This document shows positions 49,707-61,135 of a DNA stretch of 64,000 nt, one piece after another. A model generated the notes under the pieces. It did no database searches and was not told the origin of the DNA. It saw only the letters and a list, made by a program, of their open reading frames with translations. The position numbers and the translations under genes were made by a program. The DNA is from an uncultured Duganella sp. (GTDB lineage: Bacteria; Pseudomonadota; Gammaproteobacteria; Burkholderiales; Burkholderiaceae_D), in NCBI GenBank assembly GCA_963515135.1, contig CAUPXZ010000015.1, forward strand, positions 36,181 to 100,180. Direction: 5' to 3'. Every line of letters begins with the position of its first letter. The stretch's first letter is position 1.

Positions 49707-50639
49707 TCAGGAAGCGTCGCCGCCGTTGAGCGCGGCGTCGATGTCGGCGCGGGTCAGGTCCGGCGCGAATTGCTGGATGAAGTGGTAGGCATACGAGCGC
49801 AGGTAAGCGCCTTTGCGCACCGCCAGACGGGTGGTGTTCTGCGCGAACAGGTGCGAGGCTTCCACCGCGCGCATGCCCTTGTCGCGGCCATGGTCGAAGG
49901 CCATCGAGGCGACGATGCCGACGCCCAGGCCCAGCGACACATACTGCTTGATCACGTCCGAATCCATCGCGGTCAGCACGATGTCCGGCCGCACGGCGGC
50001 CTGCGCGAAGGCCGCATCGATGTGGCCACGGCCGGTGAAGCCGACGTCATAAGTGATCAGCGGGAACTCGGCCAGGTCTTCCAGCCGGATCGGCGAACGC
50101 GACAGCAAGGGATGGCCATCCGGCACCACGATCAAGTGGCTCCAGCGGTAACACGGGAACGACACCAGCTCCGGGAACTGCGACAAACCTTCGGTGGCAA
50201 TGCCGATATCGGTCTTGCCCGACAAAATCCATTCGGCGATGTGCTCGGGCGCGCTCTGCTGCAGGGCGATGCGCACATCCGGATACGCGGTACGGAAACT
50301 CTGCACCACCTTCGGCAAGGCATAGCGCGCCTGCGTGTGGGTCGCCGCCACGCTCAGCGTGCCGCTCTGCTGGCCGGTGTATTCCAGGCTGGCCTGTTGC
50401 AGATTCTCGGCCTCGATCAGCAGGCGGTCGATAATCTTCAGGATACCCTTGCCCGGCTCGGTCATGCCGGTCAGACGCTTGCCGTTACGTTCGAAAATGA
50501 CCACGCCCAGCTCGTCCTCAAGCTCGCGGATCTGGCGCGACACGCCAGGCTGCGAGGTGAACAGCGCATTCGCCACCTCGGTCAGGTTATAGCCGCGACG
50601 GGCGGCTTCGCGGATCGACCGCAACTGCTGGAAATTCAT
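49707..50639 (-). CDS. cbl: CysB/Cbl(SsuR)-family LysR regulator
   Basis: [33 protein letters not shown] and DSDVIK.YV. Confidence 0.85.
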   Translation of the reverse strand: MNFQQLRSIREAARRGYNLTEVANALFTSQPGVSRQIRELEDELGVVIFERNGKRLTGMTEPGKGILKIIDRLLIEAENLQQASLEYTGQQSGTLSVAATHTQARYALPKVVQSFRTAYPDVRIALQQSAPEHIAEWILSGKTDIGIATEGLSQFPELVSFPCYRWSHLIVVPDGHPLLSRSPIRLEDLAEFPLITYDVGFTGRGHIDAAFAQAAVRPDIVLTAMDSDVIKQYVSLGLGVGIVASMAFDHGRDKGMRAVEASHLFAQNTTRLAVRKGAYLRSYAYHFIQQFAPDLTRADIDAALNGGDAS

Positions 50640-51706
50640 ATGGATGCTCCTTCGTCGACGAACACGCGCACGCGCTTCGGACGTACCACCAGGGTTTCGC
50701 CTTCTTTCAGGCCGAGGCTGCTGAAGCGCTCGTTCGGAATGACGGCCTCGATCAGTTCGGCGTTGTCGCCGCGTTCCAGGTCCAGCTGGGCCAGCGGGCC
50801 GATCGCATGCGCGCGGCGCAGCTTGACCACGATGCCTTCGGCGCCAGGCGTGTAACGGTCCACATCCAGCTCGTGCGGACGCACATAGGCGGTGCCCTTG
50901 CCTGCCGCGCCGGCCTCGGACGGCACGTTGAAACTGGCTTCGCCGGTGGCCAGCACGCCATCCTGCACGCGGCCGTGGAACACATTGACGTTGCCCAGGA
51001 AACCGTAGACAAACGGCGAGGCCGGATGGTTGTACACCTCGTCCGGCGCGCCGATCTGCTCGACGTTACCTTTGTTCATCAGCACCACCTGGTCGGCCAC
51101 TTCCAGCGCTTCTTCCTGGTCGTGGGTGACGAAGATCGAGGTCACATGCAGTTCGTCATGCAGGCGACGCAGCCAGCGGCGCAGCTCTTTACGCACCTTG
51201 GCATCAAGCGCGCCGAACGGTTCGTCCAGCAGCAACACGCGCGGCTCCACCGCCAGCGCGCGCGCCAGCGCGATACGCTGACGCTGGCCGCCCGACAGTT
51301 GCGGCGGGTAGCGGTCGGCCAGCCAGTCCAGCTGCACCAGTTCCAGCAGGTCTTTGACCTTGCGGCGGATCTGCTCTTCCGATGGACGTTCCGAACGCGG
51401 CTTGACGCGCAGGCCGAAGGCGACGTTCTCGAACACGGTCATGTGCTTGAACAGCGCATAGTGCTGGAACACGAAGCCGACCTGGCGCTCGCGCACATGG
51501 CGGTCCGATGCATCGTTACCGTCCAGCACCACCTGGCCCGAATCCGGATGTTCCAGGCCGGCGATGCAGCGCAGCAGCGTGGTCTTGCCGCAACCCGACG
51601 GCCCCAGCAGCGCGGTCAGTTCACCCTGCGGGAAATCCAGCGAGATGTTGTTGAGAGCGACGAAATCGCCGAAACGTTTGTTGATGTTTTTTACTTGGAT
51701 CGTCAT
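50636..51706 (-). CDS. cysA: Sulfate ABC transporter ATPase
   Basis: [23 protein letters not shown] and [17 protein letters not shown]. Confidence 0.95.
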   Translation of the reverse strand: MTIQVKNINKRFGDFVALNNISLDFPQGELTALLGPSGCGKTTLLRCIAGLEHPDSGQVVLDGNDASDRHVRERQVGFVFQHYALFKHMTVFENVAFGLRVKPRSERPSEEQIRRKVKDLLELVQLDWLADRYPPQLSGGQRQRIALARALAVEPRVLLLDEPFGALDAKVRKELRRWLRRLHDELHVTSIFVTHDQEEALEVADQVVLMNKGNVEQIGAPDEVYNHPASPFVYGFLGNVNVFHGRVQDGVLATGEASFNVPSEAGAAGKGTAYVRPHELDVDRYTPGAEGIVVKLRRAHAIGPLAQLDLERGDNAELIEAVIPNERFSSLGLKEGETLVVRPKRVRVFVDEGASI

Positions 51707-51710
51707 GGTA

Positions 51711-52601
51711 TTACTCCGAAGTACGTTTGTCGTCGGCGATGGATTCGTTCAGGCGCCAGGCGATAAAAGATTTCACAACCAGCGTCACCAGCGCCAGCAG
51801 CGCCAGCAGCGACGCCACGGCAAAGGCGGCGGCAAAGTTGTATTCGTTGTACAGAATCTCGACTTGCAGCGGCATGGTGTTGGTCTCGCCGCGGATGTGG
51901 CCGGACACCACCGACACCGCGCCGAACTCGCCCATGGCGCGGGCGTTACACAGGATCACGCCGTACAGCAGGCCCCACTTGATGTTCGGCAGCGTCACGC
52001 GGCGGAAGGTGTCCCAGCCGGACGCGCCCAGCACGATGGCGGCCTCTTCCTCTTCGCTGCCCTGCGCCTGCATCAGCGGGATCAGCTCGCGCGCCACGAA
52101 CGGGAAGGTGACGAAGATGGTCGCCAGCACGATGCCTGGCACCGCGAACAGGATCTTGATGTCGTGCTCCATCAGCCACGGGCCGAACCAGCCCTGCGCG
52201 CCGAACAGCAGCACATAGATCAGGCCGGAAATCACCGGCGACACCGAGAACGGCAGGTCGATCAGCGTCAGCAGGAAGCTTTTGCCCCAGAATTCGAACT
52301 TGGCGATGCACCACGACGCCGCCACGCCGAACACCAGGTTCAGCGGCACGGCGATGGCGGCGGTAATCAAGGTCAGCTTGATGGCCGAGATCGCATCTTC
52401 CTCAACAATGGCGGTGACGTAGGCGTCCCAGCCTTTTTTCAGCGCCTCGAAGAACACCGCCACCAGCGGAATGAACAGGAACAGCGTCAGGAACAGCAGT
52501 GCAATGGCGACCAGCACGCCGCGCACCCAGCGCGGTTCCAGGATATCGGCTTTCGACGGCAGTTCGCCGCGACGGACTTGAGTTACAGGAGCTCCGCTCA
52601 T
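51711..52601 (-). CDS. cysW: Sulfate ABC transporter permease
   Basis: [22 protein letters not shown] and [11 protein letters not shown]. Confidence 0.95.
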   Translation of the reverse strand: MSGAPVTQVRRGELPSKADILEPRWVRGVLVAIALLFLTLFLFIPLVAVFFEALKKGWDAYVTAIVEEDAISAIKLTLITAAIAVPLNLVFGVAASWCIAKFEFWGKSFLLTLIDLPFSVSPVISGLIYVLLFGAQGWFGPWLMEHDIKILFAVPGIVLATIFVTFPFVARELIPLMQAQGSEEEEAAIVLGASGWDTFRRVTLPNIKWGLLYGVILCNARAMGEFGAVSVVSGHIRGETNTMPLQVEILYNEYNFAAAFAVASLLALLALVTLVVKSFIAWRLNESIADDKRTSE

Positions 52602-52602
52602 T

Positions 52603-53478
52603 TTATTTCCCCGACTTTCCGCGAGCCCAGGCTTGCAACAGGTTGATCGCCAACAACAGAATGAAGGACACCACCAGCATCACCAGCGCAATCGCGGTGG
52701 CGCCGGCATAGTCGTACTGCTCCAGCTTGGTAATGATGAACAGCGGCGTGATCTCGGACACCATCGGCATATTGCCGGCGATGAAAATCACCGAGCCGAA
52801 CTCGCCGGTGGCGCGCGCGAAGGCCAGCGCGAAGCCGGTCATCAGCGACGGCAGGATGGTCGGGAACACCACGCGCGCGAAGGTCTGCCAGGCATTGGCG
52901 CCCAGGCTCGCGGCGGCCTCTTCCAGCTCGCGCTCGGCATCTTCCAGCACCGGCTGCACGGTGCGCACCACGAACGGCAGGCCGATGAAGGTCAGCGCGA
53001 TCACCACGCCGAGCGGCGTGAACGCCACCTTGATGCCGAGGTAGCCTTCAATGAACTGGCCCAGCCAGCCATTGGCCGAGTACAGCGCGGTCAGCGTGAT
53101 GCCGGCGACGGCGGTCGGCAAGGCGAACGGCAGGTCGACCAGCGCGTCGACGATGCGTTTGCCGGGAAACTCATAGCGCACCAGCACCCACGCCACGATG
53201 CCGCCGAAGATGACGTTGATGAAGGCGCCAATCAGCGAGGCGCCAAACGTCAGCTTGTAGGAGGCCATCACGCGCGCCGAGGTGACCGTGGTCCAGAACG
53301 AATCCCAGGTCAGGGTGAACGTTTTGAGGAACACGGCCGACAGCGGGATCAGCACGATCAGCGTCAGGTAGAAAATGGTGAAGCCCAGCGACAGCCGGAA
53401 TCCCGGCATCACGCGGAACGGTGCGCCCCGTTTGGCCACTGGTGTGGTGGCCGCAGACGCTGCAAGAACAGCAGACAT
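52603..53478 (-). CDS. cysT: Sulfate ABC transporter permease
   Basis: [21 protein letters not shown] and [12 protein letters not shown]. Confidence 0.95.
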   Translation of the reverse strand: MSAVLAASAATTPVAKRGAPFRVMPGFRLSLGFTIFYLTLIVLIPLSAVFLKTFTLTWDSFWTTVTSARVMASYKLTFGASLIGAFINVIFGGIVAWVLVRYEFPGKRIVDALVDLPFALPTAVAGITLTALYSANGWLGQFIEGYLGIKVAFTPLGVVIALTFIGLPFVVRTVQPVLEDAERELEEAAASLGANAWQTFARVVFPTILPSLMTGFALAFARATGEFGSVIFIAGNMPMVSEITPLFIITKLEQYDYAGATAIALVMLVVSFILLLAINLLQAWARGKSGK

Positions 53479-53573
53479 GTATGCTCCCTTATTACAAAAC
53501 CTTCTATAAGGGCTGCATGTTCTCACCTATGTCTCATAATACAAACGAAGCATTAGTCATTTGATTAGATCAT

Positions 53574-54350
53574 TCAGCTATATACGAGCTTGACCGCGAC
53601 GGCAACGAGCGTTACCGCCAGGATACCGCGCAGCAAACGTTCGGGAACCGCGCGGGCGGCGTAGGCGCCAAGGGTGATGCCGGGCAGCGAGCCGACCAGC
53701 AAGGTCAGCAGCAGCGACCAGTCGATCGAACCCAGCCACCAGTGGCCGACGGCGGCGATCGCGGTCAGGGGTACGGCGTAGGCGATGTCGGTGCCGGCCA
53801 CTTCGGCGGCGCTCAGGCGTGGGTAGAGCATCACCAGCACGGTGGCGCCAATCGCGCCAGCGCCGATGGACGAGACGGTCACCAGCACGCCCAGCACGGC
53901 GCCGGTGAAGACGGTGGCGCCATGCAACGCCCTACCCTGTAACTGGCGTTCCGGATGTGCCGTGATCCAGGCCAGCATCTTGCGCTTGAATAACAGGGCA
54001 ATCACGGTCAGGCCCACCGAACCGGCGATGGTATAGCGGATGATCTGGCCCATTTCCTGGCTGAGGGTGCCGAAGTATTTGAGGCCGATACTGGCCAGCA
54101 GCGCGGCAGGCAGCGCGCCGATGCACAGGCGACGCACGATGTCCCAATGGACCGTGCCGCGCAAACGGTGGGTGAATGTGCCGACGCCTTTGGTCAGCGA
54201 GGCAAACGCGAGGTCGGTGCCGACCGCCACGGCGGGCGTGACGCCGAACAGCAAGGTCAGTAGCGGCGTCATCAGCGAACCGCCGCCGACGCCGGTCATG
54301 CCGACCAGCAGGCCGACCGCGAATCCTGATGCGACAAACTGCAAATCCAT
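53574..54350 (-). CDS. TauE/SafE (TSUP) sulfite-exporter family protein
   Basis: GMTGVGGGSLMTP, AVGTDL and GTDIAYAVP. Confidence 0.88.
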   Translation of the reverse strand: MDLQFVASGFAVGLLVGMTGVGGGSLMTPLLTLLFGVTPAVAVGTDLAFASLTKGVGTFTHRLRGTVHWDIVRRLCIGALPAALLASIGLKYFGTLSQEMGQIIRYTIAGSVGLTVIALLFKRKMLAWITAHPERQLQGRALHGATVFTGAVLGVLVTVSSIGAGAIGATVLVMLYPRLSAAEVAGTDIAYAVPLTAIAAVGHWWLGSIDWSLLLTLLVGSLPGITLGAYAARAVPERLLRGILAVTLVAVAVKLVYS

Positions 54351-54422
54351 AGCACTTCCCCAAAGTAGGCCCGAAGGTTACCTACTCTGGGGAAAGATCC
54401 AAACAACGAAAAACTAATAAGC

Positions 54423-55061
54423 TTATTTGTTCGGTTGCGGCGTTACGCGCAGGTACGGACGCTCGGCGGTGAAGCCTTTCGGATATTTCTGCTTCAGCAC
54501 TTCCGGATCTTGCACGGTCAGCGGGATGATGACGTCATCGCCATCCTTCCAGTTGCCTGGGGTGGCGACGGTGTAGCCATCGGTCAGTTGCAGCGCATCG
54601 ATCACGCGCAGCACTTCGTCGAAGTTGCGGCCGGTGCTCATCGGATAGGTGATGGTCAGGCGCACCTTCTTGTTCGGGTCGATGACGAACAGCGAACGCA
54701 CGGTGGCGGTGGCCGACGCCTCAGGGTGAATCATGTCGTACAGCGTGGAAACCTTGCGGTCCGCATCGGCAACGATCGGGAAACCGACCACGGTCTTTTG
54801 CGTTTCCTCGATATCCTTGATCCAGTTCTTGTGCGATTCAGCAGGATCGACCGACAGCGCGATGGCTTTCACATTGCGCTTGTCGAATTCCGGTTTCAGC
54901 TTGGCGGTCAGGCCCAGCTCGGTGGTGCAGACCGGCGTGAAGTCTGCCGGGTGCGAGAACAGCACTACCCAGGAATTGCCAGCCCATTCATGGAACTTCA
55001 GCGGGCCGATGGAAGAATCTTGTTCGAAATCAGGCGCGGTATCGCCCAGACGGATGGTCAT
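54423..55061 (-). CDS. 1-Cys peroxiredoxin (Prx6, LsfA-like)
   Basis: FSHPADFTPVCTTE and YPMSTGRNFDE. Confidence 0.93.
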   Translation of the reverse strand: MTIRLGDTAPDFEQDSSIGPLKFHEWAGNSWVVLFSHPADFTPVCTTELGLTAKLKPEFDKRNVKAIALSVDPAESHKNWIKDIEETQKTVVGFPIVADADRKVSTLYDMIHPEASATATVRSLFVIDPNKKVRLTITYPMSTGRNFDEVLRVIDALQLTDGYTVATPGNWKDGDDVIIPLTVQDPEVLKQKYPKGFTAERPYLRVTPQPNK

Positions 55062-55630
55062 GATAAGGTCTCCAGAGTAGAAAAGGTCGCGCTATTGTGC
55101 GCTTGCTCTGCTAAAAAATACAAGGTTTCCAGCCCCTCGGGCCAGTCGCCCAAACCGGACTCCGCATTGATGTGTCCCAGCGGGCCACCATTGATGAAGC
55201 GACTCTGCCAGCGACGCGCCCACAACTCGGCGCGCGGCGCGGCCATCCACGGATCGTTGGTGCTGCCGACCATGATCGACGGCACCGGCAACGCCTGCTG
55301 CGGCAGCAGCGACGCCACATTGAATTTATCCGGGTCGGCGGGCGCCACCAGCAGCACGCCGACCACGCCCTCCGGATCGCGCGCCACGCTGAGCGCGGTG
55401 GCCAGCGCGCCGAAGCTGTGGCCGACGATCAGCGTGGGGCCTGGGGCGCGTTGGCGCAGCTCGTCCACCCGAGCCGACCAGCGCGGCAGATCCGGTACTT
55501 CCCAATCATCCTGTTGCACCCGCTCGAAAGCGGGGAACAGGCGTTGCCAGCGGCTCTGCCAGTGGTCCGGTCCGCTGTTATGCAGACCAGGCGCTATCAG
55601 CACGCGACACTGTTCAAAGGCGCTGGCCAT
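55058..55630 (-). CDS. RBBP9/YdeN-type alpha/beta hydrolase
   Basis: PGL..S..HWQ..W, GHSFG, STNDPW and GHIN. Confidence 0.87.
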   Translation of the reverse strand: MASAFEQCRVLIAPGLHNSGPDHWQSRWQRLFPAFERVQQDDWEVPDLPRWSARVDELRQRAPGPTLIVGHSFGALATALSVARDPEGVVGVLLVAPADPDKFNVASLLPQQALPVPSIMVGSTNDPWMAAPRAELWARRWQSRFINGGPLGHINAESGLGDWPEGLETLYFLAEQAHNSATFSTLETLS

Positions 55631-55635
55631 ATGGA

Positions 55636-56640
55636 TTACTTGCTAGGCTGATAGATCTGGTCGAACAGGCCACCGTCGGCGAAGTGGGTCTTCTGCGCCT
55701 TGGTCCAGCCGCCAGCCACCTCCGCGATGGTGAACAGCTTCACCGCAGGGAATTGCGACGCGTATTTCTTCGACGCTTTTTCGGTGGCTGGACGGTAGTA
55801 GTTTTTGGCGATGATGTCCTGCGCTTCGTCGGTGTACAGGAAGTTCAGGTAAGCCTCGGCCACTTTGCGGGTGCCGCGCTTGTCGACCACCTTGTCGACC
55901 ACGGCCACTGGCGGTTCTGCCAGGATCGAGACCGACGGTGCGACGATGTCGAACTTGGTTGGGCCCAGTTCCTTGATCGCCAGCAGCGCTTCGTTTTCCC
56001 AGGCGATCAGCACGTCGCCGATGCCGCGTTCCACGAAGGTGGTGGTGGCGCCGCGCGCGCCGGAATCCAGCACCGGCACGTTTTTATACAGCTTGGTCAG
56101 GAAGTCCTTGGCGGTGGCTTCGCTGCCGCCTGGCTGGCGCAGCGCGTAGCCGTAGGCGGCCAGGTGGTTCCAGCGGGCGCCGCCGGAGGTTTTTGGATTC
56201 GGGGTGATCACCGACACGCCTGGCTTGACCAGATCGGCCCAGTCCTTGATGGCTTTCGGGTTGCCCTTGCGCACCAGGAACACGATGGTCGAGGTGTAGG
56301 GGGTGCTGTTGTGCGGCAGTTTTTTCTGCCATTCAGGCGACAGCAGCTTGTGTTCGGCGATGGCGTCGATGTCGTACGCCAGGGCCAGCGAAACGACGTC
56401 GGCTTCCAGGCCGTCGATCACGGCGCGGCCTTGCTTGCCGGAGCCGCCGTGCGATTGCTTGATCTTGACGTTGTCGCCGGTCTTGGCTTTCCACTCTTTG
56501 GCAAATGCGGTGTTGACGTCCTGATACAGCTCGCGGGTCGGGTCATACGACACGTTCAGCAGCGAGATGTCCGCAGCCAGGGCTGGCGCGATGGCGGTTA
56601 CGGCGAGAATAGCAGCGGCAATGATTTTTTTGGACAGCAT
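55636..56640 (-). CDS. sbp: Sulfate-binding periplasmic protein
   Basis: [33 protein letters not shown] and [11 protein letters not shown]. Confidence 0.96.
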   Translation of the reverse strand: MLSKKIIAAAILAVTAIAPALAADISLLNVSYDPTRELYQDVNTAFAKEWKAKTGDNVKIKQSHGGSGKQGRAVIDGLEADVVSLALAYDIDAIAEHKLLSPEWQKKLPHNSTPYTSTIVFLVRKGNPKAIKDWADLVKPGVSVITPNPKTSGGARWNHLAAYGYALRQPGGSEATAKDFLTKLYKNVPVLDSGARGATTTFVERGIGDVLIAWENEALLAIKELGPTKFDIVAPSVSILAEPPVAVVDKVVDKRGTRKVAEAYLNFLYTDEAQDIIAKNYYRPATEKASKKYASQFPAVKLFTIAEVAGGWTKAQKTHFADGGLFDQIYQPSK

Positions 56641-56728
56641 TTGATTCCCCTAGTAGTGAAGGACTCCAGATTACTGCCCGGCTTTATAAATGAGAACTAA
56701 GCTTTTATCAGTTCTATATACCGGAAAA

Positions 56729-57115
56729 TCATATGAACCTGTTATACAACACCACACCCCAGGTGGCGATCGCCAGCAAACAGGTCAACAGCACTGCCGC
56801 GCTGCCGAAATCCTTGGCATTTTTCGACAAGGGGTGGCGTTCCAGCGACACCCGGTCCACCACTGCCTCGATCGAGGAATTGATCAACTCGACAATCAGG
56901 ATCAGCAGCAACACGCCGATCAGCACCAGTTTCTCAAACGCCGACACCTTCAACAGCAGCGCGATGATGACGCCGACCGCGAATACACTGACTTCCTGGC
57001 GGAATGCGTGTTCACTGCGCCACGCGGCGCGGAAGCCGTCCATGGAATAACGAAACGCCGTGAAAATACGCTTGAGACCGCTCTTGCTCTTGAATTCGCT
57101 GACTGGTTGTTCCAT
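56729..57115 (-). CDS. dgkA: Diacylglycerol kinase
   Basis: E.AFRQE, VELINSSIEAVVDR and AKDFGSAAV. Confidence 0.93.
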   Translation of the reverse strand: MEQPVSEFKSKSGLKRIFTAFRYSMDGFRAAWRSEHAFRQEVSVFAVGVIIALLLKVSAFEKLVLIGVLLLILIVELINSSIEAVVDRVSLERHPLSKNAKDFGSAAVLLTCLLAIATWGVVLYNRFI

Positions 57116-57219
57116 GGTGGGTGTCGTAATCGTGAATAGCATATTATGCATGGAATTCCGCTTTTTTCCACATTATGGTATAAATCAATTATCGCATTCT
57201 GCATTGCACCAACCACATC

Positions 57220-57999
57220 ATGAAAATCGAAACCGTTCCCGAGCAAAAGACCACTATCCAGGTGATCGAGCGCATGGTGGCGCTGCTCGATGCCCTGGCG
57301 AAATACCCAGACCCCGTCAGCCTGAAGGAATTATCCAAGGTCTCGGGGCTACACCCGTCCACCGCGCACCGGATTTTGAACGACATGGTGGTCACCCGCT
57401 TTGTCGACCGGGTCGAACCGGGCACTTACCGGCTCGGCATGCGGCTGCTGGAACTGGGCAATGTGGTCAAGAGCCGGCTGTCGGTGCGCGAGGCCGCGCT
57501 GGACTTTATGCGTGCACTGCACAAAAAAACCCAGCAGACCATCAACCTGTCGGTGCGCCAGGGCGACGAGATCGTCTACATCGACCGCGCCTTCTCGGAG
57601 CGTTCGGGCATGCAGGTGGTGCGCGCCATCGGCGGCCGCGGCCCCTTGCACCTGACCTCGACCGGCAAGCTGTTCCTGTCGGTGGATGAACCGAAGGCCA
57701 TCCGCGCCTATGCCACGCGCACCGGCCTGGCCGGGCACAACAAGAATTCGATCACCGATCTGGGCAAGCTGGAACGCGAGCTGGGCCTGGTGAAGTCGCG
57801 CGGCTACTCGCGCGATAATGAAGAGCTGGAACTGGGGGTGCGCTGCATGGCCGCCGGCATCTACGACGACAGCGGCAAGCTGATTGCCGGGCTGTCGATC
57901 TCGGCGCCGGCCGACCGTCTGCAGGAAGACTGGCTGGAAGATCTGGTGAGCACCGCCAGCCAGATCTCCGCCACGCTGGGTTACATCCCGGTCGAATAA
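57220..57999 (+). CDS. IclR-family regulator
   Basis: HTH motif GLHPSTAHRIL, PLHLTSTGK and DNEELELGVRCMA. Confidence 0.92.
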   Translation: MKIETVPEQKTTIQVIERMVALLDALAKYPDPVSLKELSKVSGLHPSTAHRILNDMVVTRFVDRVEPGTYRLGMRLLELGNVVKSRLSVREAALDFMRALHKKTQQTINLSVRQGDEIVYIDRAFSERSGMQVVRAIGGRGPLHLTSTGKLFLSVDEPKAIRAYATRTGLAGHNKNSITDLGKLERELGLVKSRGYSRDNEELELGVRCMAAGIYDDSGKLIAGLSISAPADRLQEDWLEDLVSTASQISATLGYIPVE

Positions 58000-59051
58000 G
58001 GCGTGCTGGACACACCGCCGCCCACCAGGTTGGCCGGGCGCAGCGCTTCCAGCCATTTGCGCATGCGGCCGGCATCGGCGGTACGCGATTGCTTGCCCTT
58101 CGAATCGAGGAACACCATGATCACCGAGCGGCCTTCGATCACCGCCTGCATCAGCAGGCAGCGCCCGGCTTCATTGATGAAGCCGGTTTTCTGCAGGCCG
58201 ATTGCCCAGTCCGGGCTGGCCACCAGATGGTTGGTGGTGCCGAATTGCATCGGACGGCCATTGCTGGTTTCCACCATGGCTTTCGGATCGGTCGAGAACT
58301 GGCGCAGCACCGGCTGCTGATAGGCCGCCATCGCCAGCTTGGCCAGGTCGCGCGCGCTGGCCACATTCATTTTCGACAGACCGCTGGAATCAACGTAATG
58401 CGTGTCGCTCATGCCCAGTTCACGCGCCTTGGCGTTCATCGCTTCGACGAAGGCCGGCTTGCCGCCCGGGTAGTTGCGGCCCAGCGCCGAGGCGGCGCGG
58501 TTTTCCGAGCTCATCAGCGCGATGTGCAGCATATTGGCGCGCGTCATCTGCGTGCCGACTTTCAGGCGCGAGCTGCTGAATTTCGCGCGGTCCACGTCTT
58601 CGTCGGTCACGGTGAGGATTTCGTCCATGTCCTGCTTGGATTCCACTACGATCAGGCCGGTCATCATCTTGGTGATGGAGGCGATCGGCAAGGCGACGTT
58701 GGAATTCTTCTCGAACAAAACTTCCGAATTGGCCTGGTCCAGCACCAGCGCCACGTTGGAGGCCAGCGACAGCGGATCGTCGGTCTTGTTGAGGCCGGCG
58801 AGATCGCCCATGGTCGGCATGGCCGGGGCGGCCGCCAGCACGCGTTGGTACACCACTTTGCGCTTGCCGTTGACCTTGACCGCGCGCTTGACCACGCGAT
58901 CCTGGGCCACCGGCGCGGCCAGGCGCACCGTTTGGCGTTTTTTCTTCACCACCTGTTTTTTGGGCGCAGCGCCGCTGTCGGTTGCCGGCGCAGCAATGGC
59001 TGCGGACGCAAACATCAGCGAGATCAGCGCGCTTAATGCGAGTTTAATCAT
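57981..59051 (-). CDS. pbpG: D-alanyl-D-alanine endopeptidase (PBP7)
   Basis: SxxK (ASITK), SxN (SSEN) and KTG (LQKTGFINEAGRC). Confidence 0.88.
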   Translation of the reverse strand: MIKLALSALISLMFASAAIAAPATDSGAAPKKQVVKKKRQTVRLAAPVAQDRVVKRAVKVNGKRKVVYQRVLAAAPAMPTMGDLAGLNKTDDPLSLASNVALVLDQANSEVLFEKNSNVALPIASITKMMTGLIVVESKQDMDEILTVTDEDVDRAKFSSSRLKVGTQMTRANMLHIALMSSENRAASALGRNYPGGKPAFVEAMNAKARELGMSDTHYVDSSGLSKMNVASARDLAKLAMAAYQQPVLRQFSTDPKAMVETSNGRPMQFGTTNHLVASPDWAIGLQKTGFINEAGRCLLMQAVIEGRSVIMVFLDSKGKQSRTADAGRMRKWLEALRPANLVGGGVSSTPYSTGM

Positions 59052-59180
59052 TCGTATCCCCAAAAAAGAAATTCACCAAACCGGTTGCAGTGTAGCAAAT
59101 CACTGCGCGAGCGCAAGAAAATTTAACACTCGCGGCATCAATGGTTGTGTCCACGCAATATAGGAAAAGACAAGCTAGAT

Positions 59181-59876
59181 CTATTCAACAAATTTAACAA
59201 ATTCCGTCAGCGCCATACGCTCAGTGAGTAAAGAGTTTTCGATCTTGCTCAAATCCGCAACACCCAGCGCCATGCCGCACACCACAGTTTCACTGTCCGG
59301 CAGCGCCAGTTGCTCGGCGATGAGGCGGTGATACTGGGTAAAAGCGGCTTGCGGGCAAGTATCCAGACCGCGTCCGCGCGCGGCCACCATAATGTTCTGC
59401 AGGAACATGCCGTAGTCCAGCCACGAGCCCTGCTCCATGATGCGGTCGATGGTGAAGATCAGGCCGACCGGCGCGCCGAAGAACTCGTAGTTCTTGCCAT
59501 GCTGCGCGGCCATGCCGGTTTTGTTGTCGCGAGTCAGGCCCAGTAGCGCATATAAATCCCAGCCGACCTTGCGGCGGCGGTCGATATACGGCGAGACCCA
59601 TTGCTGCGGATAGTAGGCGTACTCTTCCTTGTGCTGTTGCGCCTGCTCTGGATCGTTATGTGCGGCCAGGATGGCGGAAGACAAGCGCTGTTTGCGCTCG
59701 CCCTGCAACACGTAGACTTTCCACGGCTGCGTATTGGTACCGGACGGCGCCCTGCCGGCCACTTGCAGAATCTGCGCTATATCTTCGCGCGACACCGGTG
59801 TCGGCAAATACGCGCGGATGGAGCGGCGCGAGGTAATCGCGGCGTCGACAGCCTGCTGCTCAGCATTGGAAATCAT
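59181..59876 (-). CDS. Nitroreductase family protein
   Basis: RRSIRAY, APSGTNTQPW and GLDTCPQ. Confidence 0.9.
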   Translation of the reverse strand: MISNAEQQAVDAAITSRRSIRAYLPTPVSREDIAQILQVAGRAPSGTNTQPWKVYVLQGERKQRLSSAILAAHNDPEQAQQHKEEYAYYPQQWVSPYIDRRRKVGWDLYALLGLTRDNKTGMAAQHGKNYEFFGAPVGLIFTIDRIMEQGSWLDYGMFLQNIMVAARGRGLDTCPQAAFTQYHRLIAEQLALPDSETVVCGMALGVADLSKIENSLLTERMALTEFVKFVE

Positions 59877-59886
59877 GCGTTCTCGC

Positions 59887-60798
59887 TCACTTTGGTTTCT
59901 TGACCACGAATATCACACCGGTCACGGCCAGCGCCATGCCGGCCATGCCCAGGGCGTTAAAAGCTTCGCCAAACATCAGCCAGGCCATGATAGCGGTAGT
60001 CGGCGGCGTCAGATACAGCAAGCTGGTGACCTGCGTGGCGTCATTTCTGCGGATCAAGGCGAACAGCAGGAAAATCGCGCAGATCGACACGCCAAAAATC
60101 GACCACAGCAACGCACCAATAAAGCGCGGCGTCCACTGCACCGCAGCAAAATCCGGGCCAAGGCCTTCGAAGATGATTGCCAGCGGCAAAACCAGCAGGG
60201 TCGAGGCGGCAAACTGGATCACCGTGCCCACCCGCAGGTCGAACTGCGGGCAATAATGTTTCTGATACAGCGTGCCGGAGGTGATGCTGAGCAAGGCCAG
60301 CAGGCACAGCAGAATCGCCGGGACCGACAGGCCCACCAGCTGAATTTTGGCCGCCACCACCAGCGCCACGCCACCGATGCCGAACAGCAATCCCAGCCAT
60401 TGGCGCGGCAGCACTTTTTCACCAATCAGCGGCGCGGCGAAGGCGGTCAGGATCGGCTGCATGCCCACAATCAGTGCGGACAAGCCCGCCGGCATGCCCT
60501 GCTTGATGGCGCACCAGACGCCAATCAGATAGCCGGCCTGCACCAGCAAGCCGGCCACCGCGATGTGACCGATCTGGCTTTTCGCCGGCCACGACGCCTT
60601 CAGCACCAGCACCACGGGCAGCAGCACCGCCAGCACGCCGATAAAGCGCAACAAGATGAAGGTCAGCGGCGGCGCGTAAGGCAGGCCGAACTTGGCCACG
60701 ATGAAGCCGCTACTCCATAACAGCACGAAAAACATCGGAATCGGCGACAAAAAGCTGGCGTGACGCGGCGCTGATATGGCGTTGGGGACGTTGGACAT
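59887..60798 (-). CDS. DMT/EamA family transporter
   Basis: FVLLWSSGFI, GMQPILTA, GTLYQK and VTSLLYLTPP. Start codon uncertain. Confidence 0.87.
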   Translation of the reverse strand: MSNVPNAISAPRHASFLSPIPMFFVLLWSSGFIVAKFGLPYAPPLTFILLRFIGVLAVLLPVVLVLKASWPAKSQIGHIAVAGLLVQAGYLIGVWCAIKQGMPAGLSALIVGMQPILTAFAAPLIGEKVLPRQWLGLLFGIGGVALVVAAKIQLVGLSVPAILLCLLALLSITSGTLYQKHYCPQFDLRVGTVIQFAASTLLVLPLAIIFEGLGPDFAAVQWTPRFIGALLWSIFGVSICAIFLLFALIRRNDATQVTSLLYLTPPTTAIMAWLMFGEAFNALGMAGMALAVTGVIFVVKKPK

Positions 60799-60970
60799 CG
60801 GACTGGCTTGTGAACTAAAAGGCAATTGGCGGCGGATTCCGCTGCCACCAGAGGTAGTCCCGAGTCTAACACGTCAGACAACCTCACACCGGCAGGCCGC
60901 TATTTTCCTTGCTCTGGCGGGGAAGTTGCGCTCGGGAATTAGCTAGCACAACTATGTAAGCATTCTTTGA

Positions 60971-61039
60971 TGCAACGCACAAAAAAGCGCTTGACTTAAT
61001 TTCTGAGGAGCTTAAAATTGATCGTGTTGCGTTGCACAA
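60971..61039 (+). promoter_or_regulatory. phaP promoter flanked by two PhaR-type boxes
   Basis: TTGACT-N16-TAAAAT (60991-61018), with TGCAACGCACAA (60971-82) and TGCGTTGCACAA (61028-39). Confidence 0.65.
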
Positions 61040-61135
61040 TTTGTTGTTCGGTCTGAAACGAGGGTTGTTTGTTTCTCGCCGACGGTAGAGACACAATCAG
61101 TATTTCAATCAACGAACTATTTTCTGGAGATTTAA

